Shown in pieces: positions 1 through 15,000 of a DNA stretch of 64,000 nucleotides (the stretch's first letter is position 1; each line of letters begins with the position of its first letter). The position numbers and the translations under genes were made by a program. The DNA is from the human T2T-CHM13v2.0 reference genome, Homo sapiens. The notes under the pieces were generated by a model. The model was given only the letters and a program-made list of their open reading frames with translations. It did not search any database and had not been told where the DNA came from. The stretch lies in assembly GCF_009914755.1 (NCBI RefSeq), contig NC_060946.1; one strand, 5' to 3'.

Positions 1-3000
1 AGATATTTCTTTTTTCACCACAGTCTTTAAGCCACTCAAAAATATCTGTCTGCAGACACTACAAAAAGTCTGTTTCCAAACTGGCCCATATAGCATGTTT
101 CAACTATGTGAAATGAATGCACTCATCAAAGAGAAGTTTCTCCGAATTCTTCTGTCTAGTTTTTATGTGAAGATATTTCCTTCTTCACCGTAGGCTGCAA
201 ATTGTTCCAAATATCCATTTGCGGATTCTACAAAAAGAATGTTTCCAAACTGGTCAATCAACAGAAAGGCTCAACTCTGTGAGACGAAAGCACACATCAC
301 AAAGAAGTTTCTCAGAAAGCTTCTGTCTACATTTTATGTGAAGGTATTTCCTTTGGCACCGTAGGCCTTAAACCACTCACAAACATAACTCCGCTTATAC
401 TACCAAGAGACTTTCTCCAAATTGCTAAATCAAAAGAAACGTTCAACTCTGTGAGATGAATACACACATCAAAAAGAAGTTTCTCAAAATGCTTCTGTCT
501 AGTTTTCATGTGAAGATTTTTATTTTTCACCATTGGCCCCAAACGGCTCAGAAATATCCCTTTGCAGTTTGTAGGAAAAGACTGTTTCCAAACTGCTCAA
601 TGAAAAGAAATGGTCAACTATTAGCGATGAATGGAAATGTCACAAAGAGTTTTCTCAAAAAACTACTGCGTCGTTTTTATGTGAAGACGTTTCCTTTTTC
701 ACTCTAGGCCTTAAAACTCTCTAAATATACATTCACAGATTCTACAAAAAGACTGATTCCAAACTGCTCAATCAGAAGAAAGGTTCAGTTCCGTGTGACA
801 AACGTGCACATCACAAAGAAATTTGTCAGAAAGCTTCTGTCTACTTTTTATGTGAAGATATTTCATATTTCAACAAAGGCCATAAAGGGCTCACAGATAT
901 CCCTTTGCAGATTCTAAGAAAAGACATTTTCCAAGCTCCTCAATCAAAAGAAAGGTTTCACTCTGTGCGATGAATGGACACATCACAAAGAAGTTTCTCA
1001 GAAAGCTTCTGTCTAGTTTTTATGTGAGGCTATTTCTTGTTCACCATAGGCCTCAAGCAGCTAAGAAATTTCCCTCTGCAGCTTCTACAAAAGACTGTTT
1101 CCAAACTGCTCAACTGAAAGAAAGGTTGAATTCTGTGACATGAATTCACACATCACAAAGAGGTTTTTCAGAAATCTTCTGTCTAGTTTTTATGTGAAGA
1201 TACTTCCTTTTTCACCACGGGCCTCAAATATCTCCAAATATCCATTTGCAGATTCTACAGAAAGACTTCCCAAACTGCTCAATCAAAAGAAAGGTTCAAC
1301 ACAGTGAGATGAAGGCACACATCACAAAGAAGTTTCTCAGAAATCTCCTGTCTAGTTTTTATGTGAAGATATTTCGTATTCCACCACAGGCCATAAGGGG
1401 CTCACAAATATCCCTTTGCAGGTTCCACAAAAAGACTGTTGCCAAACTGCTCAATCAAAAGAAAGGTTCAACTCTGTGACGTGAATGGACACATCACAAA
1501 CAATTTCTTGGAATGATTCCGTCTAGTTTTTATGGGAAGATGTTTCTCTTTCACCATTAGCCTCAAACGGATCAGAATTCTCCCTTTGCAGATTGTACAA
1601 TAAGCCTCTTTCCAATCTGCTCAATCAAAAGAAAGTTTCAACTCTGTGAGGTGAATGCACACATCACAAGGGAGTTTCTCAGAAAGCTTCTGTTTAGTTT
1701 TTACGTGAAGATGTTTCGTTTTTCAACATGGGCCTCAAAAGCTCTCCAAATATCCATTTGCAGATTCTAGAAAAAGAGTGTTTCCAAACTCCTCAATCAA
1801 AAGAAAGTTTCAATTCTGTGAGATGAAAGCACACATCACAACGAAGTTTCTTAGAAAGCTTCTGTCTAGTTTTTATGTGAAGATACTTCACATTGCAGCA
1901 TAGTACTCAATGGGCTCAGAAATATCCCTTGGCAGATTCTACAAAAGGACTGTTTCAAAACTGCTCAATCCAAAGAAAGTTTCAACTATGTGAGATGAAT
2001 GCACACATCACAAAGAAGTTCCTCAGAATGCTTCTGTCTAGTTTATATGTGAAGAAGATTCCTATTTCACCATAGGCAATAAAGGGCTCACAAATATTTT
2101 TTGCAGATTCTACAAAAAGACTGTATCCAAACTGCTCAATAAAAAGAAAGTTTCAACTCTGTTAGATTAATGGACACATCGAAAAGTAGTTTCTCAGAAA
2201 ACTTCTGTGTAGTTTTTATGTGAAGATATTTCCTTTGTCACCATTGGCCTCAAAGCACTCCTAATATCCATTTACAGATTTCACAAAAAGAGTGTTTCCA
2301 AACAGCTCAATCAAAAGAAAGTGTTTAACTCTGTGAGGTGAAAGCACACATCTCAAAGAAGTTTCTCCGAAAGCTTCGGTCTACTTTTCCTGTGAAGATA
2401 TTTCCAGTTTCACCGTAGGCCTCAAAGGGCTAAGAAATATCCCTTTCCAGATTCTAAAAGACGACCGTTTCCATACTTGTCAATCAAAAGAAAGGTTAAA
2501 TTCTCTGAGGTTAATGCGCACATCAGAATGAAGTTTCTCAGAATTCTCCTGTCTAGTTTCTGTGTGAAGATATTTACTATTTCACTATAGGCTTCAAAGG
2601 TCCCAAAAATATCCCTTTGCAGATTCTACAAAAATATGGTTTCCACAGTGCTGAATTGAAAGAAACCTTCAACTCTGTCAGATGAATGGAGACATCACAA
2701 AGAAGTTCCCCGGAATGCTTCTGTCTAGTTTAAATGTGAAGATAATCCTTTTTCACCACAGACCTCAAATGGCTCAGAAATATACCTTTGCAGATTGCAG
2801 AAAGAGACTGTCTCTAAACTGCTCAAATAAAATAAAGTTTCAACACTGTGAGATGAATGCACACATCACAAAGAAGTTTCTCAGAAAGCTTCTGTCTAGT
2901 TTTTATGTGAAGATATTCCCTTTTTCACCATAGTCCTTACACCGCTCACAAATATCCTTCTGCAGATACTAGAAAAAGACTGTTTCCAAACTGCTCCATC

Positions 3001-6000
3001 AAAAGAAAATTTCGCCTACCTGAGATGAATGCACACATCATAAAGAAGTTTCTCAGAATTCTTCTGTCTAGATTTTATGTGAAGATATTTCCATTTTCAC
3101 CTTAGGCCACAAAGCGCTCCAAACATCCCTTTGCAGATGATACGAAAAGACTGTTTCCAAACTGCTCAATCAAAAGAAATTTTCAACTCTGTGAGATGAA
3201 AGCACCCATCACAAAAAAGTTTCTCAGAAATCTCCTGTCTAGTTTTTATCTCAAGATAATTCCTATTTTGCCATAGGAATCAAGGGGCTCACAAATATCC
3301 CTTTGCAGATTCTACAAAAGTTCTGTTTACAAACCTCTCAATCAAAAGAAACGTTCAACATTGTGAGATGAATGAACACATCACAAAGAAGTTTCTCAGA
3401 ATGCTTCTGTCTGGTTACTCTGTGAAGATATTTCTTTTTTCACCACAGTCTTTAAGCCACTCAAAAATATCTGTCTGCAGACACTACAAAAAGTCTGTTT
3501 CCAAACTGGCCCATATAGCATGTTTCAACTATGTGAAATGAATGCACTCATCAAAGAGAAGTTTCTCCGAATTCTTCTGTCTAGTTTTTATGTGAAGATA
3601 TTTCCTTCTTCACCGTAGGCCGCAAATTGTTCCAAATATCCATTTGCGGATTCTACAAAAAGAATGTTTCCAAACTGGTCAATCAACAGAAAGGCTCAAC
3701 TCTGTGAGACGAAAGCACACATCACAAAGATGTTTCTCAGAAAGCTTCTGTCTACATTTTATGTGAAGGTATTTCCTTTGGCACCGTAGGCCTTAAACCA
3801 CTCACAAACATAACTCCGCTTATACTACCAAGAGACTTTCTCCAAATTGCTAAATCAAAAGAAACGTTCAACTCTGTGAGATGAATACACACATCAAAAA
3901 GAAGTTTCTCAAAATGCTTCTGTCTAGTTTTCATGTGAAGATTTTTATTTTTCACCATTGGCCCCAAACGGCTCAGAAATATCCCTTTGCAGTTTGTAGG
4001 AAAAGACTGTTTCCAAACTGCTCAATGAAAAGAAATGGTCAACTATTAGCGATGAATGGAAATGTCACAAAGAGTTTTCTCAAAAAACTACTGCGTCGTT
4101 TTTATGTGAAGACGTTTCCTTTTTCACTCTAGGCCTTAAAACTCTCTAAATATACATTCACAGATTCTACAAAAAGACTGATTCCAAACTGCTCAATCAG
4201 AAGAAAGGTTCAGTTCCGTGTGACAAACGTGCACATCACAAAGAAATTTGTCAGAAAGCTTCTGTCTACTTTTTATGTGAAGATATTTCATATTTCAACA
4301 AAGGCCATAAAGGGCTCACAGATATCCCTTTGCAGATTCTAAGAAAAGACATTTTCCAAGCTCCTCAATCAAAAGAAAGGTTTCACTCTGTGCGATGAAT
4401 GGACACATCACAAAGAAGTTTCTCAGAAAGCTTCTGTCTAGTTTTTATGTGAGGCTATTTCTTGTTCACCATAGGCCTCAAGCAGCTAAGAAATTTCCCT
4501 CTGCAGCTTCTACAAAAGACTGTTTCCAAACTGCTCAACTGAAAGAAAGGTTGAATTCTGTGACATGAATTCACACATCACAAAGAGGTTTTTCAGAAAT
4601 CTTCTGTCTAGTTTTTATGTGAAGATACTTCCTTTTTCACCACGGGCCTCAAATATCTCCAAATATCCATTTGCAGATTCTACAGAAAGACTTCCCAAAC
4701 TGCTCAATCAAAAGAAAGGTTCAACACAGTGAGATGAAGGCACACATCACAAAGAAGTTTCTCAGAAATCTCCTGTCTAGTTTTTATGTGAAGATATTTC
4801 GTATTCCACCACAGGCCATAAGGGGCTCACAAATATCCCTTTGCAGGTTCCACAAAAAGACTGTTGCCAAACTGCTCAATCAAAAGAAAGGTTCAACTCT
4901 GTGACGTGAATGGACACATCACAAACAATTTCTTGGAATGATTCCGTCTAGTTTTTATGGGAAGATGTTTCTCTTTCACCATTAGCCTCAAACGGATCAG
5001 AATTCTCCCTTTGCAGATTGTACAATAAGCCTCTTTCCAATCTGCTCAATCAAAAGAAAGTTTCAACTCTGTGAGGTGAATGCACACATCACAAGGGAGT
5101 TTCTCAGAAAGCTTCTGTTTAGTTTTTACGTGAAGATGTTTCGTTTTTCAACATGGGCCTCAAAAGCTCTCCAAATATCCATTTGCAGATTCTAGAAAAA
5201 GAGTGTTTCCAAACTCCTCAATCAAAAGAAAGTTTCAATTCTGTGAGATGAAAGCACACATCACAACGAAGTTTCTTAGAAAGCTTCTGTCTAGTTTTTA
5301 TGTGAAGATACTTCACATTGCAGCATAATACTCAATGGGCTCAGAAATATCCCTTGGCAGATTCTACAAAAGGACTGTTTCAAAACTGCTCAATCCAAAG
5401 AAAGTTTCAACTATGTGAGATGAATGCACACATCACAAAGAAGTTCCTCAGAATGCTTCTGTCTAGTTTATATGTGAAGAAGATTCCTATTTCACCATAG
5501 GCAATAAAGGGCTCACAAATATTTTTTGCAGATTCTACAAAAAGACTGTATCCAAACTGCTCAATAAAAAGAAAGTTTCAACTCTGTTAGATTAATGGAC
5601 ACATCGAAAAGTAGTTTCTCAGAAAACTTCTGTGTAGTTTTTATGTGAAGATATTTCCTTTGTCACCATTGGCCTCAAAGCACTCCTAATATCCATTTAC
5701 AGATTTCACAAAAAGAGTGTTTCCAAACAGCTCAATCAAAAGAAAGTGTTTAACTCTGTGAGGTGAAAGCACACATCTCAAAGAAGTTTCTCCGAAAGCT
5801 TCGGTCTACTTTTCCTGTGAAGATATTTCCAGTTTCACCGTAGGCCTCAAAGGGCTAAGAAATATCCCTTTCCAGATTCTAAAAGACGACCGTTTCCATA
5901 CTTGTCAATCAAAAGAAAGGTTAAATTCTCTGAGGTTAATGCGCACATCAGAATGAAGTTTCTCAGAATTCTCCTGTCTAGTTTCTGTGTGAAGATATTT

Positions 6001-9000
6001 ACTATTTCACTATAGGCTTCAAAGGTCCCAAAAATATCCCTTTGCAGATTCTACAAAAATATGGTTTCCAAAGTGCTGAATTGAAAGAAACCTTCAACTC
6101 TGTCAGATGAATGGAGACATCACAAAGAAGTTCCCCGGAATGCTTCTGTCTAGTTTAAATGTGAAGATAATCCTTTTTCACCACAGACCTCAAATGGCTC
6201 AGAAATATACCTTTGCAGATTGCAGAAAGAGACTGTCTCTAAACTGCTCAAATAAAATAAAGTTTCAACACTGTGAGATGAATGCACACATCACAAAGAA
6301 GTTTCTCAGAAAGCTTCTGTCTAGTTTTTATGTGAAGATATTCCCTTTTTCACCATAGTCCTTACACCGCTCACAAATATCCTTCTGCAGATACTAGAAA
6401 AAGACTGTTTCCAAACTGCTCCATCAAAAGAAAATTTCGCCTACCTGAGATGAATGCACACATCATAAAGAAGTTTCTCAGAATTCTTCTGTCTAGATTT
6501 TATGTGAAGATATTTCCATTTTCACCTTAGGCCACAAAGCGCTCCAAACATCCCTTTGCAGATGATACGAAAAGACTGTTTCCAAACTGCTCAATCAAAA
6601 GAAATTTTCAACTCTGTGAGATGAAAGCACCCATCACAAAAAAGTTTCTCAGAAATCTCCTGTCTAGTTTTTATCTCAAGATAATTCCTATTTTGCCATA
6701 GGAATCAAGGGGCTCACAAATATCCCTTTGCAGATTCTACAAAAGTTCTGTTTACAAACCTCTCAATCAAAAGAAACGTTCAACATTGTGAGATGAATGA
6801 ACACATCACAAAGAAGTTTCTCAGAATGCTTCTGTCTGGTTACTCTGTGAAGATATTTCTTTTTTCACCACAGTCTTTAAGCCACTCAAAAATATCTGTC
6901 TGCAGACACTACAAAAAGTCTGTTTCCAAATTGGCCCATATAGCATGTTTCAACTATGTGAAATGAATGCACTCATCAAAGAGAAGTTTCTCCGAATTCT
7001 TCTGTCTAGTTTTTATGTGAAGATATTTCCTTCTTCACCGTAGGCCGCAAATTGTTCCAGATATCCATTTGCGGATTCTACAAAAAGAATGTTTCCAAAC
7101 TGGTCAATCAACAGAAAGGCTCAACTCTGTGAGACGAAAGCACACATCACAAAGAAGTTTCTCAGAAAGCTTCTGTCTACATTTTATGTGAAGGTATTTC
7201 CTTTGGCACCGTAGGCCTTAAACCACTCACAAACATAACTCCGCTTATACTACCAAGAGACTTTCTCCAAATTGCTAAATCAAAAGAAACGTTCAACTCT
7301 GTGAGATGAATACACACATCAAAAAGAAGTTTCTCAAAATGCTTCTGTCTAGTTTTCATGTGAAGATTTTTATTTTTCACCATTGGCCCCAAACGGCTCA
7401 GAAATATCCCTTTGCAGTTTGTAGGAAAAGACTGTTTCCAAACTGCTCAATGAAAAGAAATGGTCAACTATTAGCGATGAATGGAAATGTCACAAAGAGT
7501 TTTCTCAAAAAACTACTGCGTCGTTTTTATGTGAAGACGTTTCCCTTTTCACTCTAGGCCTTAAAACTCTCTAAATATACATTCACAGATTCTACAAAAA
7601 GACTGATTCCAAACTGCTCAATCAGAAGAAAGGTTCAGTTCCGTGTGACAAACGTGCACATCACAAAGAAATTTGTCAGAAAGCTTCTGTCTACTTTTTA
7701 TGTGAAGATATTTCATATTTCAACAAAGGCCATAAAGGGCTCACAGATATCCCTTTGCAGATTCTAAGAAAAGACATTTTCCAAGCTCCTCAATCAAAAG
7801 AAAGGTTTCACTCTGTGCGATGAATGGACACATCACAAAGAAGTTTCTCAGAAAGCTTCTGTCTAGTTTTTATGTGAGGCTATTTCTTGTTCACCATAGG
7901 CCTCAAGCAGCTAAGAAATTTCCCTCTGCAGCTTCTACAAAAGACTGTTTCCAAACTGCTCAACTGAAAGAAAGGTTGAATTCTGTGACATGAATTCACA
8001 CATCACAAAGAGGTTTTTCAGAAATCTTCTGTCTAGTTTTTATGTGAAGATACTTCCTTTTTCACCACGGGCCTCAAATATCTCCAAATATCCATTTGCA
8101 GATTCTACAGAAAGACTTCCCAAACTGCTCAATCAAAAGAAAGGTTCAACACAGTGAGATGAAGGCACACATCACAAAGAAGTTTCTCAGAAATCTCCTG
8201 TCTAGTTTTTATGTGAAGATATTTCGTATTCCACCACAGGCCATAAGGGGCTCACAAATATCCCTTTGCAGGTTCCACAAAAAGACTGTTGCCAAACTGC
8301 TCAATCAAAAGAAAGGTTCAACTCTGTGACGTGAATGGACACATCACAAACAATTTCTTGGAATGATTCCGTCTAGTTTTTATGGGAAGATGTTTCTCTT
8401 TCACCATTAGCCTCAAACGGATCAGAATTCTCCCTTTGCAGATTGTACAATAAGCCTCTTTCCAATCTGCTCAATCAAAAGAAAGTTTCAACTCTGTGAG
8501 GTGAATGCACACATCACAAGGGAGTTTCTCAGAAAGCTTCTGTTTAGTTTTTACGTGAAGATGTTTCGTTTTTCAACATGGGCCTCAAAAGCTCTCCAAA
8601 TATCCATTTGCAGATTCTAGAAAAAGAGTGTTTCCAAACTCCTCAATCAAAAGAAAGTTTCAATTCTGTGAGATGAAAGCACACATCACAACGAAGTTTC
8701 TTAGAAAGCTTCTGTCTAGTTTTTATGTGAAGATACTTCACATTGCAGCATAGTACTCAATGGGCTCAGAAATATCCCTTGGCAGATTCTACAAAAGGAC
8801 TGTTTCAAAACTGCTCAATCCAAAGAAAGTTTCAACTATGTGAGATGAATGCACACATCACAAAGAAGTTTCTCAGAATGCTTCTGTCTAGTTTATATGT
8901 GAAGAAGATTCCTATTTCACCTTAGGCAATAAAGGGCTCACAAATATTTTTTGCAGATTCTACAAAAAGACTGTATCCAAACTGCTCAATAAAAAGAAAG

Positions 9001-12000
9001 TTTCAACTCTGTTAGATTAATGGACACATCGAAAAGTAGTTTCTCAGAAAACTTCTGTGTAGTTTTTATGTGAAGATATTTCCTTTGTCACCATTGGCCT
9101 CAAAGCACTCCTAATATCCACTTACAGATTTCACAAAAAGAGTGTTTCCAAACAGCTCAATCAAAAGAAAGTGTTTAACTCTGTGAGGTGAAAGCACACA
9201 TCTCAAAGAAGTTTCTCCGAAAGCTTCGGTCTACTTTTCCTGTGAAGATATTTCCAGTTTCACCGTAGGCCTCAAAGGGCTAAGAAATATCCCTTTCCAG
9301 ATTCTAAAAGACGACCGTTTCCATACTTGTCAATCAAAAGAAAGGTTAAATTCTCTGAGGTTAATGCGCACATCAGAATGAAGTTTCTCAGAATTCTCCT
9401 GTCTAGTTTCTGTGTGAAGATATTTACTATTTCACTATAGGCTTCAAAGGTCCCAAAAATATCCCTTTGCAGATTCTACAAAAATATGGTTTCCACAGTG
9501 CTGAATTGAAAGAAACCTTCAACTCTGTCAGATGAATGGAGACATCACAAAGAAGTTCCCCGGAATGCTTCTGTCTAGTTTAAATGTGAAGATAATCCTT
9601 TTTCACCACAGACCTCAAATGGCTCAGAAATATACCTTTGCAGATTGTAGAAAGAGACTGTCTCTAAACTGCTCAAATAAAATAAAGTTTCAACACTGTG
9701 AGATGAATGCACACATCACAAAGAAGTTTCTCAGAAAGCTTCTGTCTAGTTTTTATGTGAAGATATTTCCTTTTTCACCATAGTCCTTACACCGCTCACA
9801 AATATCCTTCTGCAGATACTAGAAAAAGACTGTTTCCAAACTGCTCCATCAAAAGAAAATTTCGCCTACCTGAGATGAATGCACACATCATAAAGAAGTT
9901 TCTCAGAATTCTTCTGTCTAGATTTTATGTGAAGATATTTCCATTTTCACCTTAGGCCACAAAGCGCTCCAAACATCCCTTTGCAGATGATACGAAAAGA
10001 CTGTTTCCAAACTGCTCAATCAAAAGAAATTTTCAACTCTGTGAGATGAAAGCACCCATCACAAAAAAGTTTCTCAGAAATCTCCTGTCTAGTTTTTATC
10101 TCAAGATAATTCCTATTTTGCCATAGGAATCAAGGGGCTCACAAATATCCCTTTGCAGATTCTACAAAAGTTCTGTTTACAAACCTCTCAAGCAAAAGAA
10201 ACGTTCAACATTGTGAGATGAATGAACACATCACAAAGAAGTTTCTCAGAATGCTTCTGTCTGGTTACTCTGTGAAGATATTTCTTTTTTCACCACAGTC
10301 TTTAAGCCACTCAAAAATATCTGTCTGCAGACACTACAAAAAGACTGTTTCCAAACTGGCCCATATAGCATGTTTCAACTATGTGAAATGAATGCACTCA
10401 TCAAAGAGAAGTTTCTCCGAATTCTTCTGTCTAGTTTTTATGTGAAGATATTTCCTTCTTCACCGTAGGCCGCAAATTGTTCCAGATATCCATTTGCGGA
10501 TTCTACAAAAAGAATGTTTCCAAACTGGTCAATCAACAGAAAGGCTCAACTCTGTGAGACGAAAGCACACATCACAAAGATGTTTCTCAGAAAGCTTCTG
10601 TCTACATTTTATGTGAAGGTATTTCCTTTGGCACCGTAGGCCTTAAACCACTCACAAACATAACTCCGCTTATACTACCAAGAGACTTTCTCCAAATTGC
10701 TAAATCAAAAGAAACGTTCAACTCTGTGAGATGAATACACACATCAAAAAGAAGTTTCTCAAAATGCTTCTGTCTAGTTTTCATGTGAAGATTTTTATTT
10801 TTCACCATTGGCCCCAAACGGCTCAGAAATATCCCTTTGCAGTTTGTAGGAAAAGACTGTTTCCAAACTGCTCAATGAAAAGAAATGGTCAACTATTAGA
10901 GATGAATGGAAATGTCACAAAGAGTTTCCTCAAAAAGCTACTGCGTCGTTTTTACGTGAAGACGTTTCCTTTTTCACTCTAGGCCTTAAAACTCTCTAAA
11001 TATACATTCACAGATTCTACAAAAAGTCTGATTCCAAACTGCTCAATCAGAAGAAAGGTTCAGTTCCGTGTGACAAACGTGCACATCACAAAGAAATTTG
11101 TCAGAAAGCTTCTGTCTACTTTTTATGTGAAGATATTTCATATTTCAACAAAGGCCATAAAGGGCTCACAGATATCCCTTTGCAGATTCTACGAAAAGAC
11201 ATTTTCCAAACTCCTCAATCAAAAGAAAGGTTTCACTCTGTGCGATGAATGGACACATCACAAAGAAGTTTCTCAGAAAGCTTCTGTCTAGTTTTTATGT
11301 GAGGCTATTTCTTCTTCACCATAGGCCTCAAGCAGCTAAGAAATTTCCCTCTGCAGCTTCTACAAAAGACTGGTTCCAAACTGCTCAACTGAAAGAAAGG
11401 TTGAATTCTGTGACATGAATTCACACATCACAAAGAGGTTTTTCAGAAATCTTCTGTCTAGTTTTTATGTGAAGATACTTCCTTTTTCACCACGGGCCTC
11501 AAATATCTCCAAATATCCATTTGCAGATTCTACAGAAAGACTTCCCAAACTGCTCAATCAAAAGAAAGGTTCAACACAGTGAGATGAAGGCACACATCAT
11601 AAAGAAGTTTCTCAGAAATCTCCTGTCTAATTTTTATGTGAAGATATTTCGTATTTCACCACAGGCCATAAGGGGCTCACAAATATCCCTTTGCAGGTTC
11701 CACAAAAAGTCTGTTGCCAAACTGCTCAATCAAAAGAAAGGTTCAACTCTCTGACGTGAATGGACACATCACAAACAATTTCTTGGAATGATTCCGTCTA
11801 GTTTTTATGGGAAGATGTTTCTCTTTCACCATTAGCCTCAAACGGATCAGAATTCTCCCTTTGCAGATTGTACAATAAGCCTCTTTCCAATCTGCTCAAT
11901 CAAAAGAAAGTTTCAACTCTGTGAGGTGAATGCACACAACACAAGGGAGTTTCTCAGAAAGCTTCTGTTTAGTTTTTACGTGAAGATGTTTCGTTTTTCA

Positions 12001-15000
12001 ACATGGGCCTCAAAAGCTCTCCAAATATCCATTTGCAGATTCTAGAAAAAGAGTGTTTCCAAACTCCTCAATCAAAAGAAAGTTTCAATTCTGTGAGATG
12101 AAAGCACACATCACAACGAAGTTTCTTAGAAAGCTTCTGTCTAGTTTTTATGTGAAGATACTTCACATTGCAGCATAGTACTCAATGGGCTCAGAAATAT
12201 CCCTTGGCAGATTCTACAAAAGGACTGTTTCAAAACTGCTCAATCCAAAGAAAGTTTCAACTATGTGAGATGAATGCACACATCACAAAGAAGTTCCTCA
12301 GAATGCTTCTGTCTAGTTTATATGTGAAGAAGATTCCTATTTCACCATAGGCAATAAAGGGCTCACAAATATTTTTTGCAGATTCTACAAAAAGACTGTA
12401 TCCAAACTGCTCAATAAACAGAAAGTTTCAACTCTGTTAGATTAATGGACACATCGAAAAGTAGTTTCTCAGAAAACTTCTGTGTAGTTTTTATGTGAAG
12501 ATATTTCCTTTGTCACCATTGCCCTCAAAGCACTCCTAATATCCATTTACAGATTTCACAAAAAGAGTGTTTCCAAACAGCTCAATCAAAAGAAAGTGTT
12601 TAACTCTGTGAGGTGAAAGCACACATCTCAAAGAAGTTTCTCCGAAAGCTTCGGTCTACTTTTCCTGTGAAGATATTTCCAGTTTCACCGTAGGCCTCAA
12701 AGGGCTAAGAAATATCCCTTTCCAGATTCTAAAAGACGACCGTTTCCATACTTGTCAATCAAAAGAAAGGTTAAATTCTCTGAGGTTAATGCGCACATCA
12801 GAATGAAGTTTCTCAGAATTCTCCTGTCTAGTTTCTGTGTGAAGATATTTACTATTTTGCTATAGGCTTCAAAGGTCCCAAAAATATCCCTTTGCAGATT
12901 CTACAAAAATATGGTTTCCACAGTGCTGAATTGAAAGAAACCTTCAACTCTGTCAGATGAATGGAGACATCACAAAGAAGTTCCCCGGAATGCTTCTGTC
13001 TAGTTTAAATGTGAAGATAATCCTTTTTCACCACAGACCTCAAATGGCTCAGAAATATACCTTTGCAGATTGCAGAAAGAGACTGTCTCTAAACTGCTCA
13101 AATAAAATAAAGTTTCAACACTGTGAGATGAATGCACACATCACAAAGAAGTTTCTCAGAAAGCTTCTGTCTAGTTTTTATGTGAAGATATTTCCTTTTT
13201 CACCATAGTCCTTACACCGCTCACAAATATCCTTCTGCAGATACTAGAAAAAGACTGTTTTCAAACTGCTCCATGAAAAGAAAATTTCGCCTACCTGAGA
13301 TGAATGCACACATCATAAAGAAGTTTCTCAGAATTCTTCTGTCTAGATTTTATGTGAAGATATTTCCACTTTCACCTTAGGCCACAAAGCGCTCCAAACA
13401 TCCCTTTGCAGATGATACGAAAAGACTGTTTCCAAACTGCTCAATCAAAAGAAATTTTCAACTCTGTGAGATGAAAGCACCCATCACAAAAAAGTTTCTC
13501 AGAAATCTTCTGTCTAGTTTTTATCTCAAGATAATTCCTATTTTGCCATAGGAATCAAGGGGCTCACAAATATCCCTTTGCAGATTCTACAAAAGTTCTG
13601 TTTACAAACCTCTCAATCAAAAGAAACGTTCAACATTGTGAGATGAATGAACACATCATAAAGAAGTTTCTCTGAATGCTTCTGTCTGGTTACTCTGTGA
13701 AGATATTTCTTTTTTCACCACAGTCTTTAAGCCACTCAAAAATATCTGTCTGCAGACACTACAAAAAGACAGTTTCCAAACTGGCCCATATAGCATGTTT
13801 CAACTATGTGAAATGAATGCACTCATCAAAGAGAAGTTTCTCCGAATTCTTCTGTCTAGTTTTTATGTGAAGATATTTCCTTCTTCACCGTAGGCCGCAA
13901 ATTGTTCCAAATATCCATTTGCGGATTCTACAAAAAGAATGTTTCCAAACTGGTCAATCAACAGAAAGGCTCAACTCTGTGAGACGATAGCACACATCAC
14001 AAAGAAGTTTCTCAGAAAGCTTCTGTCTACATTTTATGTGAAGGTATTTCCTTTGGCACCGTAGGCCTTAAACCACTCACAAACATAACTCCGCTTATAC
14101 TACCAAGAGACTTTCTCCAAATTGCTAAATCAAAAGAAACGTTCAACTCTGTGAGATGAATACACACATCAAAAAGAAGTTTCTCAAAATGCTTCTGTCT
14201 AGTTTTCATGTGAAGATATTTATTTTTCACCATTGGCCCCAAACGGCTCAGAAATATCCCTTTGCAGTTTGTAGGAAAAGACTGTTTCCAAACTGCTCAA
14301 TGAAAAGAAATGGTCAACTATTAGAGATGAATGGAAATGTCACAAAGAGTTTTCTCAAAAAGCTACTGCGTCGTTTTTATATGAAGACGTTTCCTTTTTC
14401 ACTCTAGGCCTTAAAACTCTCTAAATATACATTCACAGATTCTACAAAAAGACTGATTCCAAACTGCTCAATCAGAAGAAAGGTTCAGTTCTGTGTGACA
14501 AACGTGCACATCACAAAGAAATTTGTCAGAAAGCTTCTGTCTACTTTTTATGTGAAGATATTTCATATTTCAACAAAGGCCATAAAGGGCTCACAGATAT
14601 CCCTTTGCAGATTCTAAGAAAAGACATTTTCCAAACTCCTCCATCAAAAGAAAGGTTTCACTCTGTGCGATGAATGGACACATCACAAAGTAGTTTCTCA
14701 GAAAGCTTCTGTCTAGTTTTTATGTGAGGCTATTTCTTGTTCACCATAGGCCTCAAGCAGCTAAGAAATTTCCCTCTGCAGCTTCTACAAAAGACTGTTT
14801 CCAAACTGCTCAACTGAAAGAAAGGTTGAATTCTGTGACATGAATTCACACATCACAAAGAGGTTTTTCAGAAATCTTCTGTCTAGTTTTTATGTGAAGA
14901 TACTTCCTTTTTCACCACGGGCCTCAAATATCTCCAAATATCCATTTGCAGATTCTACAGAAAGACTTCCCAAACTGCTCAATCAAAAGAAAGGTTCAAC

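Noticed and set aside
1709-1732. Possible CENP-B box (ttcgtttttcaacatggg)
   Set aside because: It lacks the required CGGG/CCCG core spacing on either strand. It is a mutated A-type box.
1-13700. A 6850 bp super-HOR (dimer of the 20-mer) suggested by the variant in copies 2 and 4
   Set aside because: Only one site alternates. Other variants group copies 3+4 or 4+5, which fits conversion better than a dimeric period.
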